DNA of 32,000 bases from Candidatus Saccharimonadota bacterium (GCA_002421785.1 DIRZ01000002.1:300001-332000), one strand, 5' to 3'; numbered from the stretch's first letter, positions 24,102 to 31,637 are shown. Numbers and translations: made by a program. The notes: generated from the letters alone by a model not told the origin.

Positions 24102-25889
24102 ATGGCAGACACCAGCGTCAAACAACAGATTGTCGACAAGATAAAAGACAGCAACAACGTGTTGGTGACGGTTAATAGCAATCCTTCGGTTGACGAACTC
24201 AGCGCTGCGCTTGGTATTACGCTGCTCATTAACAAGCTCAACAAACACGCCACAGCAGTGTTTAGTGGGGCCATTCCATCTGCTATCGAGTTTTTGGAAC
24301 CAGAAAAGACGTTTGAAAATACGGTAAATAGCCTGCGAGATTTCATCATTGCCCTCGACAAGGAAAAGGCCGACCACTTACGCTATAAAGTAGTGGACGA
24401 CATGGTGAAGATATTTATTACGCCGTACCGCACGACTATCAATGAGAATGATCTTGATTTTAGCCAAGGCGATTACAACGTCGAAATGGTACTTGCCATT
24501 GGTGTCAAAAAGGAAGAAGACCTGGACAAGGCACTTGAAAGCCATGGTCGTATTCTTCATGACGCCACTGTGGCGGCAATATCGCTCGATACGCCTAGCA
24601 ACCTGGGCGGCATTGAGTGGGTAGATAGCAAAGCGAGTAGTTACAGCGAAATGCTGGTTGCTCTTGCTGACGCGCTCAAGAATGACAAGCGCCTGATTGA
24701 TGAGCAAATTTCAACGGCATTTTTGACGGGCATTGTGGCGGCAACCGACCGATTCAGCAACGAGAAAACATCGGCGAACGTCATGACCGTTGCTGCTGAG
24801 CTAATGGCCGCCGGGGCAAACCAGCAATTAATTGCCATTAAACTCGAAGAGGGGAATTCGATTAGCGCTTCTGCACCTGCTCCGTCAAGTGACGGTGAAC
24901 TTCGGGAAGGCGAGTCAACCAAGGTGAATCGAGTCGAGGAAAGTGTTCCGCTAAAGCCCGCGAAGGCAAGCGATGGTTCAGGAGCGCTGACGATTTCACA
25001 CTACCCAGAGGGCGACGTGGACGAAGTTGCAGCACAAGTGGCTGCGGACAATTCCCAGCAGGCAGCCAACCGCGCCGAAGAAGAACTTGCTAAGCACACA
25101 GCTGCTGTGGATACGCATGATGATGCCGTGGAAGCAGCAGAACAGAAATTTGCCGAACAACTCGCAGCAACCGCACCAGTTGTGCCACCACTACCGACCG
25201 CTGCTGACTTTGCGGCACCCGGCCCTGCTATCGAACCACTCCGTGGCGCAGTGCCATCGCATCAGTGGCGTGCTCATGCTGATACTGAAGCAGGGGAGCC
25301 AACGCTAGGCGGCACCTTGAACGCTACCACTGAGCAAGCCGAAGAAGCCAAACGCCAGGAACTTGCTGACGATCGGAATCGAACTATTTTAAGCCACGGC
25401 GGCGGCGGATATGTTGCTGGTGAGCCAACGTACCAAGCGCCGTTAAACGCTGCTATGGATGACGCCAACAAGGAGCCTGAAGTACGGGATATCTTTGCGA
25501 GCGGAGCTCAGACCGAAGCGACGTCCCACGTCAACGCAATCCAACCACCGATGCCGACTGTCCCTGCGCCAACACTTGCCGAAATTGATCAACAGAACCG
25601 TCACCATAGCGATGCCATGAGTGCAGTGAACGCTGCATTTGACAGTCCTGCACCCACCCCTGCCGCACCGTTTGGGCAATCAGTTTCTCCGGAGCTTCCT
25701 CCGCTTCCTCCAATGCCTGATTTCTCAACGCTTCCTCCGCTTCCTGGCGCGCCTGCTCCTGAGCTTGCGGCAACCCCTGTGTCGGTGCACGAAGAACTCG
25801 GCAATCTATTGCCTCCACTTCCTGCGGAACAGCCAGTTATTGGTTCAAACCCTGTTGATCCTGCACAGTTCAAAATCCCTGGCCAGTAG
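24102..25889 (+). CDS. DHH-phosphoesterase-like protein with degenerate catalytic motifs and a ~330-aa Pro/Ala/Glu-rich tail
   Basis: The N-terminal ~260 aa follow the NrnA-like layout: NVLVTVNSNPSVDELSAALGITLLINKLNKHATAVFSG, IIALDKEK, MVKIFITPYR. The expected DHH triad reads FIT. The remainder is low-complexity and ends LPPLPPMPDFSTLPPLPGAPAPE. Confidence 0.65.
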   Translation: MADTSVKQQIVDKIKDSNNVLVTVNSNPSVDELSAALGITLLINKLNKHATAVFSGAIPSAIEFLEPEKTFENTVNSLRDFIIALDKEKADHLRYKVVDDMVKIFITPYRTTINENDLDFSQGDYNVEMVLAIGVKKEEDLDKALESHGRILHDATVAAISLDTPSNLGGIEWVDSKASSYSEMLVALADALKNDKRLIDEQISTAFLTGIVAATDRFSNEKTSANVMTVAAELMAAGANQQLIAIKLEEGNSISASAPAPSSDGELREGESTKVNRVEESVPLKPAKASDGSGALTISHYPEGDVDEVAAQVAADNSQQAANRAEEELAKHTAAVDTHDDAVEAAEQKFAEQLAATAPVVPPLPTAADFAAPGPAIEPLRGAVPSHQWRAHADTEAGEPTLGGTLNATTEQAEEAKRQELADDRNRTILSHGGGGYVAGEPTYQAPLNAAMDDANKEPEVRDIFASGAQTEATSHVNAIQPPMPTVPAPTLAEIDQQNRHHSDAMSAVNAAFDSPAPTPAAPFGQSVSPELPPLPPMPDFSTLPPLPGAPAPELAATPVSVHEELGNLLPPLPAEQPVIGSNPVDPAQFKIPGQ

Positions 25890-25895
25890 GCCTAT

Positions 25896-26585
25896 CTACT
25901 CGATAACGACGTAATGATTGATGCACAGCGTATCGCCACGGTTTTTTAGGTGTGATTCGCAGTCTTGGCGCTGGCTATGGTGCGCGCGCATGCAGCGAAC
26001 GACGACGTCACGATACTCACTTGCATCGATGGTTTCGTCAATTTCGCCTAACTCACGACCCGCCGGCGCATAGCGCCAATCGGTGTTCGGTAGCGGCTGC
26101 TGTTCTTTTGTTATGCATAACATTCGGACACGCATTGCGATAGCGGGGAACCGCGCGGCCAGCCGATGGTAGGCAAGCAGCGTCGCATGACTAGCGACGA
26201 TATGATCAATATGGCCGCTCCAGCCATTGGGGTCAAACGTAATGAAGTCGAGAGTTGCTACAGAAGTATCGTTTTGCAGCCGAGCAGCAATCGTCGCAAT
26301 AATCGAGTCAACGATGGGGTCGATGTCGGTATTGCAGAGGGTGCCGTCGCGGTAGCCCAGGTACGAGTTGCTGGTAGCGCCAATGATTCCCGCACTTTGC
26401 TGCCATTCTTCGAGTCGTAAAGCCCCTAGGTCGGCCACGTTATCTGGGTTGACGCCCGCGTCGCCCGCTGTTAGGGCAATCAGGTGGATTTCGGCACCTT
26501 CGTGGCGCTCTTTGATAAGCGTGGGACTCACGCCAAAAGCTTCATCATCCGGGTGGGCAAAGATTGCATACAATAGCTTCGACAT
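25896..26585 (-). CDS. PIG-L/LmbE-family N-acetylglucosaminyl deacetylase
   Basis: MSKLLYAIFAHPDDEAFG carries the AHPDDE zinc-site motif, with downstream HIDH and HHSQ. Start trimmed to ATG 26585; the longer ORF to 26723 would overlap truB. Confidence 0.85.
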   Translation of the reverse strand: MSKLLYAIFAHPDDEAFGVSPTLIKERHEGAEIHLIALTAGDAGVNPDNVADLGALRLEEWQQSAGIIGATSNSYLGYRDGTLCNTDIDPIVDSIIATIAARLQNDTSVATLDFITFDPNGWSGHIDHIVASHATLLAYHRLAARFPAIAMRVRMLCITKEQQPLPNTDWRYAPAGRELGEIDETIDASEYRDVVVRCMRAHHSQRQDCESHLKNRGDTLCINHYVVIE

Positions 26586-26597
26586 ATCTTTAGTATA

Positions 26598-27266
26598 ATG
26601 GGTGCAATGACAGACGGCACTATATTGATTGATAAACCGGCGGGCGTGACGAGTTTTGGCGTCGTGGCGCGGATTCGCCGTGTGCTGAGCTGTGATGCGG
26701 GTAAAAAGGTAAAGGTGGGCCACACCGGCACGCTCGACCCGTTTGCGACGGGGCTAATGATACTCGTCGTGGGTAAAGAATGCCGAAATGCCGGAAATTA
26801 CAGTAAGCTCGACAAAGTGTATGAAGCGACGTTCCGCCTAGGCCAGGTGAGTACCACTGGCGACCCTGAGGGCGAGCTGACAGGTGTTTCAGACAGGCGG
26901 CCGACGCGCGAAGAGGTTGAGCAGGTTGCTGCTCGCTACGTAGGCAAGATTATGCAGCGCCCGCCCATTTTTAGCGCGATCAAAATCAATGGCCAGCGCG
27001 CCTACAAACTAGCGCGCGACGGCAAAGAGGTAGAGATTCCTGAGCGCCAGGTCGAGGTATTCTCACTGGAAATCATGCAGTACACCTACCCCGAGCTCAC
27101 CATTCGCACCCATGTGAGCAGCGGCACATACATCCGTAGCCTGTGCGTCGATATCGGTGAGGCGCTGGCTACCGGTGCGTACTGCACGCAGCTCCGACGA
27201 ACCCGCATCGCTGAGTGGGATGTTAACGATGCGCAACAACTAGGTGATTTTGGTATAGAAAACTAG
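26598..27266 (+). CDS. truB: tRNA pseudouridine(55) synthase
   Basis: ILIDKPAGVTSFGVVARIRR and the catalytic-Asp motif KVGHTGTLDPFATGLMILVVG. The alternative start ATG 26607 lies 7 nt after a TATAAT at 26594-26599. Confidence 0.92.
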   Translation: MGAMTDGTILIDKPAGVTSFGVVARIRRVLSCDAGKKVKVGHTGTLDPFATGLMILVVGKECRNAGNYSKLDKVYEATFRLGQVSTTGDPEGELTGVSDRRPTREEVEQVAARYVGKIMQRPPIFSAIKINGQRAYKLARDGKEVEIPERQVEVFSLEIMQYTYPELTIRTHVSSGTYIRSLCVDIGEALATGAYCTQLRRTRIAEWDVNDAQQLGDFGIEN

Positions 27267-27273
27267 GAGGAAT

Positions 27274-27975
27274 ATGGATATCGAGCTATATAGCGGCGCA
27301 ACCAAAGCGATTATTTCGACCAAGGGGGGGTACGTGACGAACCTTTCCGACGATAAGGGCGATGTGCTGTTCCCGAAGCGTGTGCTAACGGCGGCTGATG
27401 GGAGTGAAAAAACGAGGGGTGGTTGCCACGTGTGCCTTCCTAACTTTGGTCCTGGTGGAGACTCAGGGCTGGAGCAGCATGGGTTTGGCCGCGTGCGCGA
27501 ATGGCGCGTCGTCACCCAGTCGCCAAGCTCCGTAGAGCTTGTGCTAGCAGGCGAGGGCGAGTACGCGGATATGGAGTCGTTTTTGCGCTACGAAGTGGCT
27601 GAAGGCCGCTTTACGCTGCAATTAACACTAAAAAACAAGGGGACAGTACCCCTTATTGTGTCACCTGGCTTCCATCCGTATTTTTACCGCGGTAAGCAGG
27701 CGCCTACTATTGAAGGCGCGGTGCACGAAGATCTATCAGCATTTTCAGAAGTCAGATTTATCGACGGTCCTTCCCAGTACATTGTTACTGCAGGTCGCCA
27801 TGTGCAGTTGGAATCGCAGGGTCTGCCACGCTATGCACTGTGGACCGATCAACTTGGGGACTATGTGTGCGTGGAGCCTACTCAGAGCGGAAACGCATTC
27901 CTTGAAGACGTGTCACGAGCCGATACATTGTCGCCCAGTGGTGAGCGAGCTTACCAGTTTGCCATTGCATGGTAG
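27274..27975 (+). CDS. aldose 1-epimerase family protein (hexose-6-phosphate mutarotase-like)
   Basis: GGCHVCLPNFGP...EQHGFGRVREWRV parallels the GGIP-CFPWFG...HGFAR..W signature of YeaD-type mutarotases. A strong SD (AGGAGG) lies 5 nt upstream of the ATG. Confidence 0.7.
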   Translation: MDIELYSGATKAIISTKGGYVTNLSDDKGDVLFPKRVLTAADGSEKTRGGCHVCLPNFGPGGDSGLEQHGFGRVREWRVVTQSPSSVELVLAGEGEYADMESFLRYEVAEGRFTLQLTLKNKGTVPLIVSPGFHPYFYRGKQAPTIEGAVHEDLSAFSEVRFIDGPSQYIVTAGRHVQLESQGLPRYALWTDQLGDYVCVEPTQSGNAFLEDVSRADTLSPSGERAYQFAIAW

Positions 27976-27978
27976 GGC

Positions 27979-28007
27979 TTGAAAATTACCTCTGTAGCTG
28001 CTATAAT
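27979..28007 (+). promoter_or_regulatory. sigma70-type promoter TTGAAA-N17-TATAAT for rpsO (leaderless geometry)
   Basis: -35 TTGAAA at 27979-27984, exact 17-nt spacer, -10 TATAAT at 28002-28007. ATG 28016 follows after 8 nt with no SD. Confidence 0.65.
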
Positions 28008-28015
28008 TGCTAGCT

Positions 28016-28282
28016 ATGATAACAAAAGACGAGAAAGCGAAAGCTATTGCTTTGACTCAGGTTGCCAAAAACGACGTCGGGAGCCCACAAGCTCAGGTGT
28101 CAATTTTGACTGCTCGTATCAAAGAGGTGACTGAACATCTCAAAGCCAACAAGCAGGACCATATGGCCCGCCGCGGTTTGATTCAGATGGTAGGACGACG
28201 TAAACGACTCCTCAAATACCTCGAAAATACGGACTTTGAAGCCTACAGGGCAGTACTAGACAAACTCGGTCTACGCAAGTAG
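28016..28282 (+). CDS. rpsO: 30S ribosomal protein S15
   Basis: GSPQAQVSILTARIKEVTEHLKANKQDHMARRGLIQMVGRRKRLLKYL is canonical S15. Start set at ATG 28016; the ORF-track TTG 28007 is the last base of the -10 box. Confidence 0.93.
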   Translation: MITKDEKAKAIALTQVAKNDVGSPQAQVSILTARIKEVTEHLKANKQDHMARRGLIQMVGRRKRLLKYLENTDFEAYRAVLDKLGLRK

Positions 28283-28292
28283 CCAGCAAACG

Positions 28293-28313
28293 CTCCCCGA
28301 AAGGGGGGTTTTT
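28293..28313 (+). terminator. rho-independent terminator after rpsO
   Basis: CTCCCC (28293-28298), GAAA loop, GGGGGG (28303-28308), then TTTTT (28309-28313). Confidence 0.75.
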
Positions 28314-28346
28314 GGTAGGCGCCTCCTAGACCGGTGACGCTAGGGG

Positions 28347-28355
28347 TGGTATACT
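28347..28355 (+). promoter_or_regulatory. extended -10 element TGGTATACT upstream of the Gre-family gene
   Basis: TG at 28347-28348 and TATACT at 28350-28355, with a weak -35. A 6-bp hairpin ATCCGG/CCGGAT at 28377-28393 lies in the predicted 5' UTR. Confidence 0.4.
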
Positions 28356-28434
28356 AACCTTCATCTTATCGCGCACATCCGGACGAGCCGGATCAATGGC
28401 ATTCTAGTAATCATAATCAAGGACTGTGAGCCCT

Positions 28435-28899
28435 ATGCCGCACGATATTTATTTATTACCCATTGACCGAGCCTACGCCGAAGCACGAATCACAGTGCTC
28501 GAAAAGGAAATTCAGGACCTCGGCCCTGATTTTAACGATGCGTTTACGCAAAGTAGCGAAACATGGCACGATAATTCGCCCTTTGAAGCGGTGCGCGATA
28601 AGCAGTCCATGCTTGCCGCTGAACTCCACAAACTCCGCACGCTGGTGCGTCAGGCGACGCTGACACCACCCAAAGCAAAGCGTGGTACCGTGGGCGTTGG
28701 CCATACGGTCGAGCTGGCCGACGGTCATCGCTACCGCATCGCGGGCGACTGGACCCATCAGGCGGGGCATCACCAGGACGGGACGCATACGGTGAGTTGC
28801 CATACGCCTATCGCAAAAGCGTTACTTGGTAAAAAAGTTGGTGACGAAGTCAAGGTGGCGCGGCTGGATACTGCCATTCATGCAATCACAAAACAGTAG
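28435..28899 (+). CDS. greA: GreA/GreB-family transcript cleavage factor-like protein
   Basis: N-terminal coiled-coil ARITVLEKEIQDLG...SETWHDNSPFEAVRDKQSMLAAELHKLRTLV. C-terminal FKBP-like part GTVGVGHTVELADGHRYRIAG...PIAKALLGKKVGDEV. ATG 28435 lies 11 nt after AAGGA; GTG 28426 is the alternative. Confidence 0.7.
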   Translation: MPHDIYLLPIDRAYAEARITVLEKEIQDLGPDFNDAFTQSSETWHDNSPFEAVRDKQSMLAAELHKLRTLVRQATLTPPKAKRGTVGVGHTVELADGHRYRIAGDWTHQAGHHQDGTHTVSCHTPIAKALLGKKVGDEVKVARLDTAIHAITKQ

Positions 28900-28924
28900 T
28901 CTACTACATCCTTAAATAATGCTA

Positions 28925-28953
28925 TTGTCAAATACAAAAAAATAGGGTAGAGT
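28925..28953 (+). promoter_or_regulatory. promoter candidate TTGTCA-N17-TAGAGT of a short orphan transcription unit
   Basis: -35 TTGTCA at 28925-28930, 17-nt spacer, -10 TAGAGT at 28948-28953. An ATG lies 6 nt downstream. Confidence 0.45.
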
Positions 28954-28959
28954 AGGGGT

Positions 28960-29037
28960 ATGATACGGTTATGTTCATATCAGACGATTGCTAAGCCTTT
29001 CACTGCAATGGTGAATGGCGCGTTTGATATGGCTTAA
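28960..29037 (+). CDS. 25-codon small ORF (possible leader peptide, or the region is a small RNA)
   Basis: ATG 28960 to TAA 29035-29037 encodes MIRLCSYQTIAKPFTAMVNGAFDMA. It sits between a promoter and a terminator and is too short for the ORF track. Whether it is translated is unknown. Confidence 0.25.
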   Translation: MIRLCSYQTIAKPFTAMVNGAFDMA

Positions 29038-29063
29038 TCTTTCCTTATATATTACGAAGCAAG

Positions 29064-29095
29064 ATAGGCCACCGAAGAGTAAAGGCCTATTTTTC
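29064..29095 (+). terminator. hairpin plus T-run upstream of the GNAT gene
   Basis: ATAGGCC (29064-29070) pairs with GGCCTAT (29084-29090) across a 13-nt loop, followed by TTTTT (29091-29095). Confidence 0.55.
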
Positions 29096-29150
29096 TTCCT
29101 CGGTAGTCTGTCTGGCTTCGGAAATACCGGAGCTATAACGGAAAGGAGCT

Positions 29151-29816
29151 ATGATGGCATTCGGGCCAATCATGCAATTTGAGGTAGGAAACCTCACGGT
29201 CCAACTCGCGCCGTTTACGCGGGATGAAACGCAGGCGTTCATTGCCGGCTTACAGCGGGAATCGGTGACACGGTTCCTGGAAATCGGTCCACAGACCATT
29301 GAGTCGGAGCATGCGTGGTTCGACAAGGTGCAAAGTGACCCTTCGAGTGTAACGTGGGGCATCTGGGTGATCGAAGACGGTGAGCGAAAGCTCATTGGTA
29401 ACAGCGCGATTCATCACCTGGAGCGCGCCCATATTCACCAGGGGACGACTGGCTCGGCAATTACCGAGCAGCAGTACTGGGGGCGAGGAATCGCCAGCGC
29501 AGCCCACAAAGCTCGCACCTGGTATGGTTTCGAGAAATTGGGACTGCACCGGCTGCGTTCGGCTGTCATTCAGGGCAACATCGGGAGCCGTACGGCACTC
29601 GAGCGCTCGGGGTACGAGCTGGTCTACGTGGAGCGCAACCATCGGTTTGCCGGGGGTAAGTTGCGACACATGGACAACCTGGAGTGCCTGAACCCTGCCG
29701 AGTGGGCATGGAGCCAGTGGTGGAACGGCGAACGTCCAACTGCCGCAGCTAAGCGCGCTCGCGTACGCACGCAGGTTACGCTTGACTGGGCACGGGCAAA
29801 CGTCACGTTGCTCTAG
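29151..29816 (+). CDS. GNAT-family N-acetyltransferase (RimJ/RimL-like)
   Basis: WGIWVIEDGERKLIGNSAI plus the acetyl-CoA site QQYWGRGIASAAHKARTWYGFEKLGLHRLRSAVIQGNIGSRTALERSGYELV. SD GGAAAGGAG lies upstream. Confidence 0.85.
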   Translation: MMAFGPIMQFEVGNLTVQLAPFTRDETQAFIAGLQRESVTRFLEIGPQTIESEHAWFDKVQSDPSSVTWGIWVIEDGERKLIGNSAIHHLERAHIHQGTTGSAITEQQYWGRGIASAAHKARTWYGFEKLGLHRLRSAVIQGNIGSRTALERSGYELVYVERNHRFAGGKLRHMDNLECLNPAEWAWSQWWNGERPTAAAKRARVRTQVTLDWARANVTLL

Positions 29817-29829
29817 CTTCAATCCGTTA

Positions 29830-29862
29830 GGGGCGCTGGTACGTTGTATCAGCGCCCCCTTT
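29830..29862 (+). terminator. rho-independent terminator after the GNAT gene
   Basis: 9-bp stem GGGGCGCTG (29830-29838) / CAGCGCCCC (29850-29858) with an 11-nt loop, followed by CTTTC. Confidence 0.65.
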
Positions 29863-29890
29863 CATAGGACTGTTTTGCGAGGGGCATACC

Positions 29891-29919
29891 TTGACATATC
29901 ATACCGTTTATGCTAGTAT
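29891..29919 (+). promoter_or_regulatory. promoter TTGACA-N17-TAGTAT
   Basis: -35 TTGACA at 29891-29896, 17-nt spacer, -10 TAGTAT at 29914-29919, 40 nt before ATG 29959. Confidence 0.55.
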
Positions 29920-29958
29920 ACATGCAGATAATTCAACACAAACAGGACCACTACCTCA

Positions 29959-30696
29959 ATGCCAACGCCAGCAGACCTCGCTAAATTTTACGCTCGTAAA
30001 CAGCGCACAGAAAGTAACCGTAATTTAGATAACCCCTATGTTACCGGCGCTTTTACTGATAACTCTGTAGCTGCTACTATTGACCCGACTCAGCTAAAGC
30101 AGCTGGTTGAGTTTCGCAACGCACTCGGCGAAGCACAGCAGGTATTTGGTGATAGGTTCGACGAGCCACAGCTCCAAGACGCCTATACCCGCGTTCGTCA
30201 ACTCGCGATTGGCGAAGCGAGCGAACTGGGCGATGACACGCGCATTTTTCCTGTAATGTTTGCAGCTGATGAGAGTGAACAGTCCGATGATGCCCCTGAG
30301 CGGGTACGGGGAACAAACAGTCGAAGCGGTGAAAGCATCTCTGTCGGTTGCTATATGATCGCCCTGACTCTTTCTGAAGACGGCCCTACGATGATTGCAG
30401 AACCGATTGAGTACGAATACGGTAACGCGACCTATGTGTCACGTGATCCTCGCTGTGGTAAAGCCGATGCATTGGCGAGTGCCGATGGCATGACAAAGGG
30501 TCGGTTTAAAACCGAGACAGGGGCGCTGAGCATTAATCATACTGGTGGAATGGACGCACTGCAGAAGCGAGTCGATGAACTAGCAAGCCTCACACCCGAA
30601 GCCTTTGCGGATGAACGTGCGCGTCGTGAACGTCGAAACCGCGTTCGTCGTACAATCGCTCATCGCGCAGAACAGGCTCACGCCGTCGGCGTATAG
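29959..30696 (+). CDS. hypothetical protein (acidic, basic C-terminal helix)
   Basis: 245-codon ORF with its own promoter and no recognisable motif. The C-terminus ERARRERRNRVRRTIAHRAEQ is strongly basic. Confidence 0.55.
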   Translation: MPTPADLAKFYARKQRTESNRNLDNPYVTGAFTDNSVAATIDPTQLKQLVEFRNALGEAQQVFGDRFDEPQLQDAYTRVRQLAIGEASELGDDTRIFPVMFAADESEQSDDAPERVRGTNSRSGESISVGCYMIALTLSEDGPTMIAEPIEYEYGNATYVSRDPRCGKADALASADGMTKGRFKTETGALSINHTGGMDALQKRVDELASLTPEAFADERARRERRNRVRRTIAHRAEQAHAVGV

Positions 30697-30766
30697 CGCG
30701 TTATAAATGACCGAACACTATAGTGTACCAGTCGAAACAACTCTAGGCCCTTTTCGTATCCGCCGA

Positions 30767-31243
30767 CTAATCGTTAAAGTTATCCAGGACAACAGTTGGC
30801 TGAGGTGTTTCGATGTATGAGCGCAAATCAGCCGTTTGCAGCAAGGCGGGGTAGATGAGTATGGTTGACGGGTCCATGAACCCGCAAAACGCCAGCTCCT
30901 CATTGCCATGAGTGGTGGATGACACGTCAATGTTCAAAAAGTCCTGCGTGTTTGTGACTTCGAAGAAGAACTCCAGCTCCTCGGTGTACCCCTCGCGGTG
31001 TGAATAGAACTGTTGCACGAACAGCAGCTTGCCAACCTCTGCTTGCACGCCTGTTTCTTCCATGACCTCGCGCTTTAGGCCGTCGGCGAGTGACTCGTGA
31101 GGGTCCAGCCCGCCACCCGGCGCCGCATAGTACTCCGAGGCGCTCCCATCGGCCATTTTGTGCTGCACGACAAGTAGTTTGCCGTCACGGTAAATGATTG
31201 CGCGAACGTTAACGCGCTGTTTTGGTACTGTTTGTAGTGACAC
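30767..31243 (-). CDS. NUDIX hydrolase
   Basis: Nudix box GGGLDPHESLADGLKREVMEETG fits GX5EX7REUXEEXGU. GTG start at 31241-31243 and TAG stop at 30767-30769, verified codon by codon. Confidence 0.88.
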   Translation of the reverse strand: MSLQTVPKQRVNVRAIIYRDGKLLVVQHKMADGSASEYYAAPGGGLDPHESLADGLKREVMEETGVQAEVGKLLFVQQFYSHREGYTEELEFFFEVTNTQDFLNIDVSSTTHGNEELAFCGFMDPSTILIYPALLQTADLRSYIETPQPTVVLDNFND

Positions 31244-31376
31244 GGTATCTCCTATAGTTACATTATTGAATGAAGCTAGAGGTAGGGCTCGTCCCTACGT
31301 GCGCGACAGTAAGCGGAACACGCATGATGTTCGTAACTTTACTTAGTGTACCACAGGGAAAGAATCAAACCAGCTA

Positions 31377-31405
31377 TTTACAAAAGTAGACTTATTTGGT
31401 ATAAT
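31377..31405 (+). promoter_or_regulatory. strong sigma70-type promoter TTTACA-N17-TATAAT with TGn extension
   Basis: -35 TTTACA at 31377-31382 and a 17-nt spacer ending in TGG. Consensus -10 TATAAT at 31400-31405. It sits in a very AT-rich spacer. Confidence 0.6.
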
Positions 31406-31418
31406 AACCATCAGTATT

Positions 31419-31526
31419 ATGAATTCACAAGACAATTCTGGTGGGAATTCGGACGTGAACAAACAAATACTCGCTGACCTCGGGAGCCGTTATGGTGACG
31501 ATTCAGTCGAGTATATCTTTACATAG
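31419..31526 (+). CDS. 35-codon small ORF downstream of the orphan promoter
   Basis: ATG 31419 to TAG 31524-31526 encodes MNSQDNSGGNSDVNKQILADLGSRYGDDSVEYIFT. It starts 13 nt after the -10 and has no SD. Translation is unproven. Confidence 0.3.
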   Translation: MNSQDNSGGNSDVNKQILADLGSRYGDDSVEYIFT

Positions 31527-31579
31527 GAGTAAGCCACGCTCATACAAAAGTGTACATCGATGCTTTTGTTGTGGAATTG

Positions 31580-31611
31580 AAAAAAGCCTTGAGCGCGTGA
31601 GCACTCAAGGC
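31580..31611 (-). terminator. rho-independent terminator of the GC-rich minus-strand gene
   Basis: 8-bp stem GCCTTGAG (31586-31593) / CTCAAGGC (31604-31611) with a 10-nt loop. On the minus strand it is followed by TTTTTT (A-run 31580-31585). Confidence 0.65.
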
Positions 31612-31637
31612 GTAGGGTTTGCGAAGGGTGGCTTCGC

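Noticed and set aside
26586-26723. 46-codon N-terminal extension of the PIG-L deacetylase ORF
   Set aside because: It overlaps truB on the opposite strand. The conserved family N-terminus (MSKLLYAIFAHPDDE) begins at ATG 26585.
29250-29822. 190-codon minus-strand ORF covering the GNAT locus
   Set aside because: The plus strand carries the GNAT acetyl-CoA-binding motif (Q/R-x-x-G-x-G/A as WGRGIAS), an SD and a terminator. The antisense product has no motif.
30715-30726. Perfect 12-bp palindrome ACACTATAGTGT between the convergent 29959 and Nudix genes
   Set aside because: It is short, loop-less and lacks a flanking T-run. It could be a protein site or a weak bidirectional stop, but a single occurrence cannot be distinguished from chance.
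31250-31420. AT-rich spacer checked for a tRNA, tmRNA or attachment site next to the GC-rich gene
   Set aside because: No cloverleaf arms or T-loop consensus (GGTTCGAATCC-like) are seen on either strand. Only a 6-bp hairpin (31282-31298) is present, and no integrase lies within the window.
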